From Bacteroidota bacterium (GTDB lineage Bacteria; Bacteroidota; Ignavibacteria; Kapaibacteriales; Kapaibacteriaceae), in assembly GCA_039795225.1 (NCBI GenBank), contig JBDKEN010000002.1:1130163-1194162 (forward strand): a stretch of DNA of 64,000 bases. Reading direction: 5' to 3'. The first letter of the stretch is position 1. Each line of letters starts with the position of its first letter. The translations under genes were made by a program, and so were the position numbers. The notes beneath the pieces were generated by a model, which had not been told where the DNA came from, made no database searches, and saw nothing but the letters and a program-made list of their open reading frames with translations. Below are positions 19,614-28,883 of the stretch, piece by piece.

Positions 19614-21901
19614 GATGGATCCTTCTCGTTGCCTGTTGCCTTAGTCTCGTGGGGCGGCTCTATGCCGATGCGAGCGAGCCACTGCAACTGCGAAGAGATA
19701 CCGCCGTCTCTGGTCGAGTTCGTTTTTCAACTCGTGATACCTCCCATGTTCTTGTCACCTACCAGCGACCTGCATGGGATGTAGCCTCCGGAACATGCTT
19801 TCTCGGTGATCAGGGGCTGCCATCGTTGCGCGAGATTGCCCCAGATCTCGAGGTCCTTGATGCTGATTTTTGGTCTGGCAACATCGTCGTTCTTGGTCGC
19901 ACACCGAGGGGAATTGTTGCTCGATGCCTAGCACAGGATGGTCGCACAACGCTCGGGCAGGTTCAGCTGGTTGCCTCGACATCGACACTTAGTGCAACCT
20001 CCCATGGTGCAACCGCACCAAAGTTGATCGTCAGTAAGGACGGCTCACAAGCTCTCGCGCTGGTTGACGGTGTTCTCTCACACCTTCAAATGGCGTCTTC
20101 ACGTCTGACGTGTCGAGTGCTTGAGGAACATGTTACTTCCGCTTGTCACGTGCAAATGCGAAGCGGTGCTGGACTGGTGTATTCGTATACATCGGGATCA
20201 TCATCCTTCCTCTCGTTGGCCGATTCCTCAATGCAGGTTGTTCTTTCAAGTCTGGTGCCGCTTTCCGGTGTGTATCACATCGAGCAAGTTGGATCAACGG
20301 CCATTATTTATTCCGCTCTCGAGGGGGCGAACGGATGTGTTCTAACAATCCTTGATCTCGAACGACGTAGTATTTCGACGCGATCGGTTCCGCTTGAAGT
20401 GCAACGAGTCACGGGTGTTGAAGTGGAAGGTCAGGTTGCACTTGCCCTCCTGACAACTCGTTCTGGTCGACCTGAGTTGGTCGTCGTGCCTCTTGCCAGC
20501 AACCTTGACCAGCTGCCCGAAGGGGTCTTCATTGCCGGAGACTATGGAACTCCACGCTTTGTTCGAGCATTCGGTGATACGGTGCTTGTGGCCTTCAGCG
20601 GTGGAATGGCACTGGTGCGTGCCAATGGAGATATCATAGCACGTGATGCAATGTCATTGCCGGATTTGAGTGGATCGGATATTGATCAGAGTGGACGATT
20701 GATGAGCATCCATTCGGCGCTCCATTCGGTCGTCATTCGAGCAGTTCCACAACCACTATGGTTCATCGCACGATCGATCGATGGTTTTCTCCGTTACGTC
20801 ATTCCGTTACTCTTTTTGGCAAGCCTTGGGGTGGTGTATTTTCTGTATCGTCGACAAAAACGTTTCCTGGAGGCAATGATTGATGCTCCAGGTGCCGGTT
20901 TTGTGCTGTTCGTTGATTTGAATGGTCGCCTGTTGCGTGCCAATGAAAAGGCAGCGCATCTTCTGCGACTCACAGCTGATGTTCCGATGGGTCGGATGTT
21001 CGAGTCATATACCCAACAACCTGGCCTTCAGCAGTTGCATCAGTTCGTCGATCGTGTGCGACTCTCACGCGAGGCGCACACGGAACGCATTACTATCATG
21101 CGTAGCGAAGAGCAGAAGGAATATATGGCAAGCTCGACGCCTGTTATCGGCACCCTCGGTAGTTCACGGGGCATACTCATTTCCGGCGTTGACATCACCG
21201 AGACACTCGAGCAACGGCGTCTGGTAAACTGGGCACAGCTCGCTCACGACATGCAGACAAATTTGTCAACAATTCGACTCAACGCTGAACAGTTTCGCGG
21301 AGATAGCGACGCTGGTGATGAGGAGCGTCGGCGAAGGATTCTCTTTCAAGTTGGTGTGCTCATTGATCGTGTTCGAGACTTACTCGGCGTAGCACGGTCG
21401 GATGTGTTTCAACGAGGACTTGCTCACAGTGCAGAGCTCTGCACGGAAGTACGGCATGAGTTTGACCCGGCAATGTTCCCGCACGTCACATTCTCGATGA
21501 AGCTTCGTGGTACGTTTATGCAGGTTGATCGGCTTAAGCTGTCACGGGCCATTCGCAATGCGGTTGAAAACGCCATCAAGGCACTGCGAAATCAGCCGGG
21601 AACTGTCGAGATATCCACCTGGTTTGATCGAACAAACGTCTTCATTGCTGTCAGTGATACTGGCATCGGTATGGACCCCGAGACGATGGCCAATATGATG
21701 AAGCCATACTTCAGCACGGCGAACGATGGTACAGGACATGGTATCGGGACGATGATTATGCATCACGTTACAAAACTTCATGGTGGCACCATTCGCGTCA
21801 CAAGTGAACCAGGCAAGGGGACGCAAGTTGTGTTCCGCATTCCCCATGGAATGGACCCGAAAGAGAAGATTCGTGTAATTGCGGCGGAGCGTGTTCAATG
21901 A
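19610..21901 (+). CDS. Sensor histidine kinase with a large (~390 aa) N-terminal extracytoplasmic domain
   Basis: Signal peptide, beta-rich domain, TM segment (VIPLLFLASLGVVYFLY), PAS-like segment, H-box LAHDMQTNLSTI, and HATPase motifs (NAVENAIKA, DTGIGMD, GHGIGT). No response regulator lies nearby. ATGA overlaps on both sides. Confidence 0.85.
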   Translation: MRWILLVACCLSLVGRLYADASEPLQLRRDTAVSGRVRFSTRDTSHVLVTYQRPAWDVASGTCFLGDQGLPSLREIAPDLEVLDADFWSGNIVVLGRTPRGIVARCLAQDGRTTLGQVQLVASTSTLSATSHGATAPKLIVSKDGSQALALVDGVLSHLQMASSRLTCRVLEEHVTSACHVQMRSGAGLVYSYTSGSSSFLSLADSSMQVVLSSLVPLSGVYHIEQVGSTAIIYSALEGANGCVLTILDLERRSISTRSVPLEVQRVTGVEVEGQVALALLTTRSGRPELVVVPLASNLDQLPEGVFIAGDYGTPRFVRAFGDTVLVAFSGGMALVRANGDIIARDAMSLPDLSGSDIDQSGRLMSIHSALHSVVIRAVPQPLWFIARSIDGFLRYVIPLLFLASLGVVYFLYRRQKRFLEAMIDAPGAGFVLFVDLNGRLLRANEKAAHLLRLTADVPMGRMFESYTQQPGLQQLHQFVDRVRLSREAHTERITIMRSEEQKEYMASSTPVIGTLGSSRGILISGVDITETLEQRRLVNWAQLAHDMQTNLSTIRLNAEQFRGDSDAGDEERRRRILFQVGVLIDRVRDLLGVARSDVFQRGLAHSAELCTEVRHEFDPAMFPHVTFSMKLRGTFMQVDRLKLSRAIRNAVENAIKALRNQPGTVEISTWFDRTNVFIAVSDTGIGMDPETMANMMKPYFSTANDGTGHGIGTMIMHHVTKLHGGTIRVTSEPGKGTQVVFRIPHGMDPKEKIRVIAAERVQ

Positions 21902-22368
21902 TCGAAGCCGAACGCCAGGCACTCATTGGAAAGCGGATCATGGCACTCGACTATGGTCAACGGCGGATCGGTGTGGCTGTCTGTGACGAGATGCACATTC
22001 TCGTCTCGACACGAACAGTTCTGGAAAATGGCTCCTCTGTCGTCGCAGAGCTGCTCGAACGTTTACAACGAGAAAGAACTGATGTCCTTGTTATCGGTGT
22101 GCCGCAGCATCACGATGACCGCACCACCCCTATCATTCAAGAGATTATGGGCTTTATTGAACGTGTCCGACTGGCCTGCCCCCTCCCAGTGTATGCTGTT
22201 GATGAAGCCTTCTCAACGAAGGAGGCACGTCAACGGATGGTACGCTCCGGCATGAAGCAAAAGCAGCGCAGGGCTAAGGGTGTCAAGGACCAGTTCGCGG
22301 CTGCGATTATCTTGGAAACCCTGTTGAACGAGGTGAATCCAACAAGAGCTTGGAGTACGATGTCATGA
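21898..22368 (+). CDS. ruvX: Holliday-junction resolvase-like YqgF/RuvX
   Basis: ALDYGQRRIGVAV, VIGVPQHHD, and DEAFSTKEA motifs typical of YqgF. Confidence 0.85.
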   Translation: MIEAERQALIGKRIMALDYGQRRIGVAVCDEMHILVSTRTVLENGSSVVAELLERLQRERTDVLVIGVPQHHDDRTTPIIQEIMGFIERVRLACPLPVYAVDEAFSTKEARQRMVRSGMKQKQRRAKGVKDQFAAAIILETLLNEVNPTRAWSTMS

Positions 22369-23729
22369 TTCTCTCCCGTCGTGTGCTTGCCTGCTTCATT
22401 TCAATTCTGGTGGTTGCGAACGTCTTTGGTCAGAGGCCGGCCCGCCTCGCCAGCAGTCTGGCAGGAAGCTCACAGGAGCCATTGCATGTAGATGCTACTG
22501 TCCTTCCCATAGCATCACTTGACTCAGCCGATCTCTTCATCAGCTATCGAGTGAAGTATTCGGCATTATCGTTCCTTCGTGGTATTGATGCATCGGGCAC
22601 CGCACAGAAGTATACCGCAGCGGTTACGCTCAGTTTAGAGGTTCGCGATTCCATTGGAATCATCCGATCGCGCTTGCGTATTCGTGATACTATTGTTGAG
22701 CAGTCATATGAAGCCACAACGGATCGTTCTGCAGCGCATTTGGGAAGTGCCCGTATAGCCATACCTGCGGGTACGTATCGCGTCATTGTAGAGATGACAG
22801 TGCCGCGCGAGGGGACGAAACACAGTGTAACGCTTCCATCGATCTATTTCCGACCAACGAGCAAGAGTGGAGTTACTCCGATTGCTATTGGACAAGAACG
22901 CCGAGACGGCGAACAATGGCGAATCGAACCGGTTGTCTTAGATCAGAATATTCCCTTTGGGGTCGGTGCATGTGCTGCAACATGTGTCGTCAATGATGAG
23001 GCTGGTGTTACCTATGACTACATCGTGCGGCAATTGCCATATGGTCCGAAGGAAATTCGCTGGTGGGTTGATGCGGAGTTTATCGGCACGGTGCGAAGCC
23101 GGCGTGATGTTGTGATTACAGGACGTGCGCGGCAGGATTTGCCTGCTGAGTTCCTACTCACAGAGAATGCTCCAGCTCCCTATGGCATTGTGCGCGTTCC
23201 GCTTGATGTGCCACAACTTGTGCCGGGGAATTATGTTCTTCGGCTTGTTCGACGTGGCGGATCTGATACTATTGAGCACAGGTTTCAGGTCCTCTGGGAA
23301 GCCATGCCGCAGTCGCTGCGTTCGCTTTCGTACGCTATAGAAAGCCTCGTGTATATCTGTCCCCAGGAGCAGTTAGACTCACTCCGTGATGGCGATGATG
23401 CTCAGAATCGAGAGCGGTTGATGCTCTGGTGGAAGCGCATGGATCAGACGCCGACCACTGCCTACAACGAGCGAATGGCTGAGTACTACATGCGGGTCGA
23501 TCAGGCTGCATCAGCGTTTTCGTCAGTCACCGAACCTGATGGTGTTTTCAGTGATCGCGGGAAGGTCTACATCTTGTTTGGTCGACCCACAAAGGTCGAC
23601 AAACGCCTGTCACGTCAAGGGGCTGCCACTGAAACATGGACGTATCGATCAGGTGTGCGCAAGACCTATGAGTTTGAAGTAAGCGACGACGGCGTCTACA
23701 AGTTGAAGTCAATATCTGACACTCGGTAG
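22365..23729 (+). CDS. Secreted GWxTD-domain-like protein
   Basis: Signal MILSRRVLACFISILVVANVFGQ. C-terminal block (RMLWWKRMD..., DRGKVYILFGRPTKVD, ETWTY) resembles the GWxTD domain as I recall it. ATG 22365 gives an ATGA overlap with ruvX. Confidence 0.6.
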   Translation: MILSRRVLACFISILVVANVFGQRPARLASSLAGSSQEPLHVDATVLPIASLDSADLFISYRVKYSALSFLRGIDASGTAQKYTAAVTLSLEVRDSIGIIRSRLRIRDTIVEQSYEATTDRSAAHLGSARIAIPAGTYRVIVEMTVPREGTKHSVTLPSIYFRPTSKSGVTPIAIGQERRDGEQWRIEPVVLDQNIPFGVGACAATCVVNDEAGVTYDYIVRQLPYGPKEIRWWVDAEFIGTVRSRRDVVITGRARQDLPAEFLLTENAPAPYGIVRVPLDVPQLVPGNYVLRLVRRGGSDTIEHRFQVLWEAMPQSLRSLSYAIESLVYICPQEQLDSLRDGDDAQNRERLMLWWKRMDQTPTTAYNERMAEYYMRVDQAASAFSSVTEPDGVFSDRGKVYILFGRPTKVDKRLSRQGAATETWTYRSGVRKTYEFEVSDDGVYKLKSISDTR

Positions 23730-23742
23730 AACGTATCCAACG

Positions 23743-24153
23743 TTAGGAACGCTCAATCGGCTCCCACCCTTCGCCTTCGCATGGTGGGGTATTGCCCGTG
23801 ACGTGCTCATCCATTATCGTGCAGAGTTGATTGGAAGGGTTGAAGTGCCGACACACTCCGCACAGTGTTCCGTCACTGATTTCCCGCACGGAGTCGTGAA
23901 ACGAACGATACTGGAGCCATGCTGGATACACTCCAAGGCCCCAGATGCTCAACATCGCTGTCCACCACACAACCTTCTGCTCGGCAACTTGGGCGAGTGC
24001 GATGCAGCCGAGCCCGAGCACTGCAACACGCAGCAGACCCGCAGTGAGAATCGACCCGGTGGTGTAGTAGGGTCGGTCGACAGTATCTTCTGGCACCCGC
24101 ATGCGCAACAAGAATAAGTCGATCCAGCGATCATCTGATCGTCGTTCGTTCAT
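23743..24153 (-). CDS. Small membrane protein with a C-terminal 4-Cys (zinc-ribbon-like) motif
   Basis: The ATG at 24153 overlaps the TGA of the upstream GT2 gene (ATGA). Two to three hydrophobic helices are followed by CGVCRHFNPSNQLCTIMDEHVTGNTPPCEG. The 264-aa version in the ORF track is an N-terminal over-extension into the GT2 gene. Confidence 0.55.
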   Translation of the reverse strand: MNERRSDDRWIDLFLLRMRVPEDTVDRPYYTTGSILTAGLLRVAVLGLGCIALAQVAEQKVVWWTAMLSIWGLGVYPAWLQYRSFHDSVREISDGTLCGVCRHFNPSNQLCTIMDEHVTGNTPPCEGEGWEPIERS

Positions 24154-25361
24154 GAGCTTCGTCCCTTTCGAGAGTAACTGCGTCCCTTCCACTGTGAGCC
24201 TCCACGTGAATATGCCCAGCGGATCGAATTCACGCCAATACCCACCGTCCAAAGCGCCGTAAGAGGCTGGAGAAAACAATGCCACAGCGGCATCCGAAAA
24301 CGGAGGCTGATCATGAAACGGATCAGACCTGCAGCACACAGTGCGTACGACGAAGCGGCGATGATCATCGTGTTTGACCAATGCACTCCGAGCGGGAGGC
24401 TTATGAGCGGACCAACATAGGTCAGCATGAGATGCCCGAGAAAGAGCAGCGTCAATGGGAGGTTGTACTGCGTTGCGGGGAACAAGTTCTTCGAAAACCC
24501 ATGTGTCACCTCCCGCGCACCGGTGTACATGTGACATGATACCGCGTCAGTTCCATCAACGAGAGCAATCTTCTGGCCAGCCCCTTTCATCGCTCGAGCA
24601 AGAAACACATCCTCGACAAGCGAGTTCCAAACCGCACGATGTCCACCAATGCTCGTGTATCCCTCGCGAGTAAAGCACATGAACTGACCATTCGCGGCAG
24701 AGAGTGATACTCGACGATTGGTCATGATAAGCGAGTTTGGGAGATATGAGAAGTAAAGGACATGCACCATCGGAATGACTGCGTGCTCTCCTATAGAAGT
24801 GAGCACCTGATATGGCACCATGGAGAACATGGATAGACCGTTCTGCGACAACATTGCTACCGAACGGGATATGGTATCCGGCTGATGAACAGTATCTGCA
24901 TCGGTAAAAACGAGTACGTCCGCATTCGTCGCCATCGATAACTGATGGCAAGCCCAGGATTTTCCGACCCATCCGTCAGGGAGGGGGCTTCCTTGAATCA
25001 CCTGCAGGTGCTGGTACTCCGAGCTAAGTCGTGCCAGAATATCTCCGGTGGCATCTGTCGATCCATCATTGAGGACAATGACCTCAACATTGGGATAGGT
25101 CTGAGCGCACACGGATCGCACACAATGTTCGATACATCGTTCTTCGTTTCTGGCAGGAATCAGAATCGCAACCGATGGTCCAGGCGCATCGGGATGCGAG
25201 AACGTTTTGGGCAAGCGCGCAAAGCGCACCAGATTGAAGATGCTGACGGAAAGCAGGGCAGTGATCACCACAACGGTGAGAAGCATGGCCCAATGCAGGA
25301 TGACTTGCAATGAAGAACCCGCGAGGAACGGAAGGCTGTCATAGGGAACGTGAATCGGCAT
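24150..25361 (-). CDS. Family-2 glycosyltransferase, polytopic membrane protein (CruC-like candidate)
   Basis: GT-A motifs VAILIPARNEE, VIVLNDGSTD and FTDADT, flanked by N- and C-terminal TM helices. ATG 25361 (MPIHVPYD) is chosen; the ORF opens at 25460 and would overlap the divergent gene. Confidence 0.75.
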   Translation of the reverse strand: MPIHVPYDSLPFLAGSSLQVILHWAMLLTVVVITALLSVSIFNLVRFARLPKTFSHPDAPGPSVAILIPARNEERCIEHCVRSVCAQTYPNVEVIVLNDGSTDATGDILARLSSEYQHLQVIQGSPLPDGWVGKSWACHQLSMATNADVLVFTDADTVHQPDTISRSVAMLSQNGLSMFSMVPYQVLTSIGEHAVIPMVHVLYFSYLPNSLIMTNRRVSLSAANGQFMCFTREGYTSIGGHRAVWNSLVEDVFLARAMKGAGQKIALVDGTDAVSCHMYTGAREVTHGFSKNLFPATQYNLPLTLLFLGHLMLTYVGPLISLPLGVHWSNTMIIAASSYALCAAGLIRFMISLRFRMPLWHCFLQPLTALWTVGIGVNSIRWAYSRGGSQWKGRSYSRKGRSS

Positions 25362-25421
25362 CCAGCAAGCTACGAACCATCCGGATTCGGTAGCTTTGCG
25401 CCCACTGCGGGCGAAGTAGTT

Positions 25422-26423
25422 ATGCATGTGATTTCTGGTATCCACAACGATGTATGTCATCTACTCGATGGCCAGGGCGCCTACGAGTGGTGGTACGCCG
25501 ATGCGCTTGATGCGTCGTCTGAGTGGGGAGTCGTGGCCATCCTGTTTCGTGGTATGCCGATGTCTCCGGATTACCTCGCGACTCCAACATCGATGCATGC
25601 CGGGTATGCCTTGAGCATCTACCATAAGGGTGTTCGCGTAGCCTTCGCATTTGGCCGTCATTCGCTCCAGCAGTGCACGTTCTCAGGTGACGGTCTTGAT
25701 GTGTGCCTGCCGTCGGCAACGATGATCCACAATGAAGACGTCATCCTTGTTCACGTTGATGCACCCTGCGGTAATGACGGACGCCGAGCACGCGTCGAGA
25801 TGCGCCTTCATGTGCAACAGCATCTTGGGAACGATGGCGAGCAGTTTTCACAAACCGAGTGCCATGGATGGGTACTGGCAGGGCCTCGTATGCCGGCAGA
25901 GGTTACGATCCAGATCCATGAACAGCACGGTTGTGTTGTCGACGAAACATTCGCAGCAACTGCCTATCATGATCACAACATGGGTCGTCGAGCTATGTCG
26001 GCAGACTATGGCGATTGGTACTGGGGGCGCGTTCACGCTAAAGACGAAACATTCGTGTATCTCATCACGCAACGATCAGCAGACCCCGTTATGTGGTTTG
26101 GCCGTGTAGGAGAGAGCGGACGGATCGAACCGTTTACTGACGTACATGTGCAGATGCGTCATCGTCGCATCTCTCTCATGGGCTTGATTTTCCATCGTAC
26201 GATTCAGGTCTCTGGGGTGTCACCTGAAGGCGAGCGACTGGTGGTAACCTGTGAAAATCGGCGTGCCTGTGAAGATGGCCCCTTCTATCAGCGCTACCTC
26301 AGCCATTGGAAGCTTAACGGAAATGACATTGGTGTGGGAATGTCTGAGTACATGGATGTCCAACGTCTGGCGAAGCCATGGATTCGCCCCTTCCTGCGTT
26401 TACCCTGGATGGTATCTTCGTAA
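25422..26423 (+). CDS. CrtC-family (hydroxyneurosporene synthase / carotenoid 1,2-hydratase-like) protein
   Basis: N-terminal GAYEWWYADALDASSEWGVVAILFRGMPMSPDY matches the characteristic CrtC-family opening (YxWWYxDA...F.G..FSP.Y). ATG 25422 is chosen. Confidence 0.6.
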   Translation: MHVISGIHNDVCHLLDGQGAYEWWYADALDASSEWGVVAILFRGMPMSPDYLATPTSMHAGYALSIYHKGVRVAFAFGRHSLQQCTFSGDGLDVCLPSATMIHNEDVILVHVDAPCGNDGRRARVEMRLHVQQHLGNDGEQFSQTECHGWVLAGPRMPAEVTIQIHEQHGCVVDETFAATAYHDHNMGRRAMSADYGDWYWGRVHAKDETFVYLITQRSADPVMWFGRVGESGRIEPFTDVHVQMRHRRISLMGLIFHRTIQVSGVSPEGERLVVTCENRRACEDGPFYQRYLSHWKLNGNDIGVGMSEYMDVQRLAKPWIRPFLRLPWMVSS

Positions 26424-26425
26424 TC

Positions 26426-28201
26426 ATGGCCCATCTTATTCGCATTCTGCCGGAACACATCGCTAATCAGATCGCCGCTGGTGAGGTCGTGCAACGACCC
26501 GAGTCAGTAGTGAAAGAGCTCGTCGAAAATGCTCTTGATGCTGGGGCATCGAGTGTGACGGTGGTTGTACAAGGGGCAGGCAAAGCCCTCATTCATGTTA
26601 TCGATGATGGCACAGGGATGTCGCGCGAGGACCTCGAGTTGTGTCTTGTGCGACACGCTACCAGTAAGATCCGTACCGAAGAAGATCTACATCATATCGC
26701 AACACTCGGTTTTCGCGGAGAGGCCATGGCCTCGATTGCGGCCGTTGCTGATGTTGAGATTCGTACGCGGGCACGGGATGCAGATCTTGGATGGACGCTG
26801 ACGGCGCAGCCAGGCAAGCCCCTTTCAATCGCAGCAGCGGCCAATGAGCCGGGCACTCAAGTCCTTGTTCGACAGCTCTTTTCCTCAGTGCCAGGGCGCC
26901 GCAAGTTTCTGAAGTCGGACCTCACGGAGTTCCGTCACATCAGTGAAACGATGCAGACGATGGCGCTGTCCAGGCCAGGTGTGCGTTTTGTGTTTTACGA
27001 TGGTCCCAATCGAATTTTCGATGTTGCTCCATCAGATCTTCGAACGCGCATTGGACGCATTCTGTCAATCAATCCGGACACGTCGCTTGTCGAGGTGTCG
27101 GCCGAGCAGACAGGTGTCACGATTTCTGGATTTGTCGGACGCCAGGATGCTGTTCGTCAAAATCGAAGTGGTCAGTTTCTCTTCCTGAATGGACGTCCCA
27201 TTAAAAGTCGCGCGCTATCGCACGCGGTTAATCAGGCATTCGAGCACCTAGTTCGAGATCGAGACTTCCCGATTTATGTTTTGGATATCAGCATTGACCC
27301 AGAACGAGTCGACGTCAATGTTCATCCGCAGAAGCATGAGGTAAAGTTCGACGATGAGCGTTCGATCTACGTTCTCCTTCAGGATGCCGTGATGCATGGG
27401 TTGGCTCGCGCGAACATAATTCCTCCAGTTTTTTCCAATGTGTCAATCGCTTCACACCCACTTCAATCGCTTCCAACAGGTGGGTCGGAGCAAGGGGCTT
27501 CGTTTAATCGGCTAACGGGTGAGATTCTGCCGGTCCGTGGAGGAGGCATTTCGCCGCATGAGAGGTATCCAGCATCACCTCGGTTTACATCGGCACAGCG
27601 TGAGGGCTACAATGCGTTGTTTGCGCCGATCACTCCCGAGCAGGATTCCACGTCGATCCTCGCTGCAACGGAGGAACGTATTATTTGTCTCGTTTCGTCC
27701 GGAATCATGGTTGTGCGACCCCGTGCGGCTGCCGAGCGGGTGTATTTCGAACAGATCATGTCAACAACTGACCGAGCTGTGGTGCCACAGCCATTGCTGT
27801 TTCCGGTCGATATTCCCGTTGATGCCCAGCACCAGGCGTTGCTTGTTGAGCATCGTGAGGTGATTGCTGCAAGCGGCCTCACAATTGAGGTTAACAACGG
27901 CATACTGACTGTTCTCGCGGTTCCCCCGATGGTATCTGCTGGAGAAGAGCAGACCTTCATCAATGAGCTGTTGAGTTCGATGATCGATCTAGAAGAGACT
28001 CCGATGCTGCAGCGGCACGAAGCGCTTGCTGCACGGCTTGCACGACAATATGCGCGCAGGAGTTGTTCAGGGATGAACCTCGAGACAGCCGGGCAGTTGG
28101 TGCAGCAATTACGATCATGCAAGATTTCGCATCATACGCCGTTTGGTCATCCGACCTTTATCGTTGTTTCATTCGATGAGTTGGAAAAGAGGTTTGCATG
28201 A
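26426..28201 (+). CDS. mutL: DNA mismatch repair protein MutL
   Basis: IRILPEHIANQIAAGEVVQRPESVVKELVENALDAG, DDGTGM, FRGEAMASI, HPQKHEVKF. ATG 26426 lies just after the crtC-like stop. Confidence 0.95.
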   Translation: MAHLIRILPEHIANQIAAGEVVQRPESVVKELVENALDAGASSVTVVVQGAGKALIHVIDDGTGMSREDLELCLVRHATSKIRTEEDLHHIATLGFRGEAMASIAAVADVEIRTRARDADLGWTLTAQPGKPLSIAAAANEPGTQVLVRQLFSSVPGRRKFLKSDLTEFRHISETMQTMALSRPGVRFVFYDGPNRIFDVAPSDLRTRIGRILSINPDTSLVEVSAEQTGVTISGFVGRQDAVRQNRSGQFLFLNGRPIKSRALSHAVNQAFEHLVRDRDFPIYVLDISIDPERVDVNVHPQKHEVKFDDERSIYVLLQDAVMHGLARANIIPPVFSNVSIASHPLQSLPTGGSEQGASFNRLTGEILPVRGGGISPHERYPASPRFTSAQREGYNALFAPITPEQDSTSILAATEERIICLVSSGIMVVRPRAAAERVYFEQIMSTTDRAVVPQPLLFPVDIPVDAQHQALLVEHREVIAASGLTIEVNNGILTVLAVPPMVSAGEEQTFINELLSSMIDLEETPMLQRHEALAARLARQYARRSCSGMNLETAGQLVQQLRSCKISHHTPFGHPTFIVVSFDELEKRFA

Positions 28202-28839
28202 TGAACCGCGTGGCAGGACATGGTTTATTGCTCGTTATCGCGTGTGTTTTGTGGCCGCTCGTTCCGGCAGCAGCAATGACAAGTTCTGACGAAGATCTTG
28301 ATACCCTCGCGCGTTGGCTTGGTGGAAGTTACTCGAGTGAGAAACATGCTCGCGTTGACTCGACCTATGAGAACTACGACCTTCACATCGCACGCATGTG
28401 GAATGATCGTCGTGACGGAATATGGTTGATGGTAGAACAAGCGAAAGCTGAATCACCCGATACTCCAGTGCTGCAACAGGTGTATCGCCTCTGGCGTGTT
28501 GAAGACAATATGATGGAGATTGAAGTCTATCGCTGGAAGAACCCTCGGTCAGTTGTTGGTGCATGGCGGGATGTGGCGCAGGTTGCAGGGTTGTCACCAG
28601 GTGATCTGTCGAAACGACGTGGATGCGAGCTCTATCTTCAGCGTGATGAGGTTAAATACTTTGGAGCAACACACGGGACTGCTTGTCCGGGAGGTGCAGC
28701 CGGAGTATCATACACGAAAGTCGATGTGCAATTCGCAGAACGTGGGATTACCATATGGGAGCGAGGGTTCTCGCCACGTGGTGATCAGGTTGCCGGCCCA
28801 CTGAAGGGGCCGTATTACTTCCTGCGACAAAAGCCCTAG
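28198..28839 (+). CDS. CpcT/CpeT-like (DUF1001, lipocalin-fold) secreted protein
   Basis: Signal peptide. The features LARWLGGSYSSEKHA..., LHIARMW, QQVYRLWRV, GCELYLQRDE..YFGATHGTAC and ERGF resemble the CpcT/CpeT family pattern. ATGA overlap with mutL. Confidence 0.5.
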   Translation: MMNRVAGHGLLLVIACVLWPLVPAAAMTSSDEDLDTLARWLGGSYSSEKHARVDSTYENYDLHIARMWNDRRDGIWLMVEQAKAESPDTPVLQQVYRLWRVEDNMMEIEVYRWKNPRSVVGAWRDVAQVAGLSPGDLSKRRGCELYLQRDEVKYFGATHGTACPGGAAGVSYTKVDVQFAERGITIWERGFSPRGDQVAGPLKGPYYFLRQKP

Positions 28840-28883
28840 TTTTGCAATGTTCATGTTTACCCCTACAAAAGGACGATACTAGG

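Noticed and set aside
24154-24537. N-terminal 128 aa of the 264-aa track ORF 23743-24537.
   Set aside because: It overlaps the 3' part of the GT2 gene in another frame. The internal ATG at 24153 forms an ATGA junction with the GT2 stop, which is the recurring pattern in this window.
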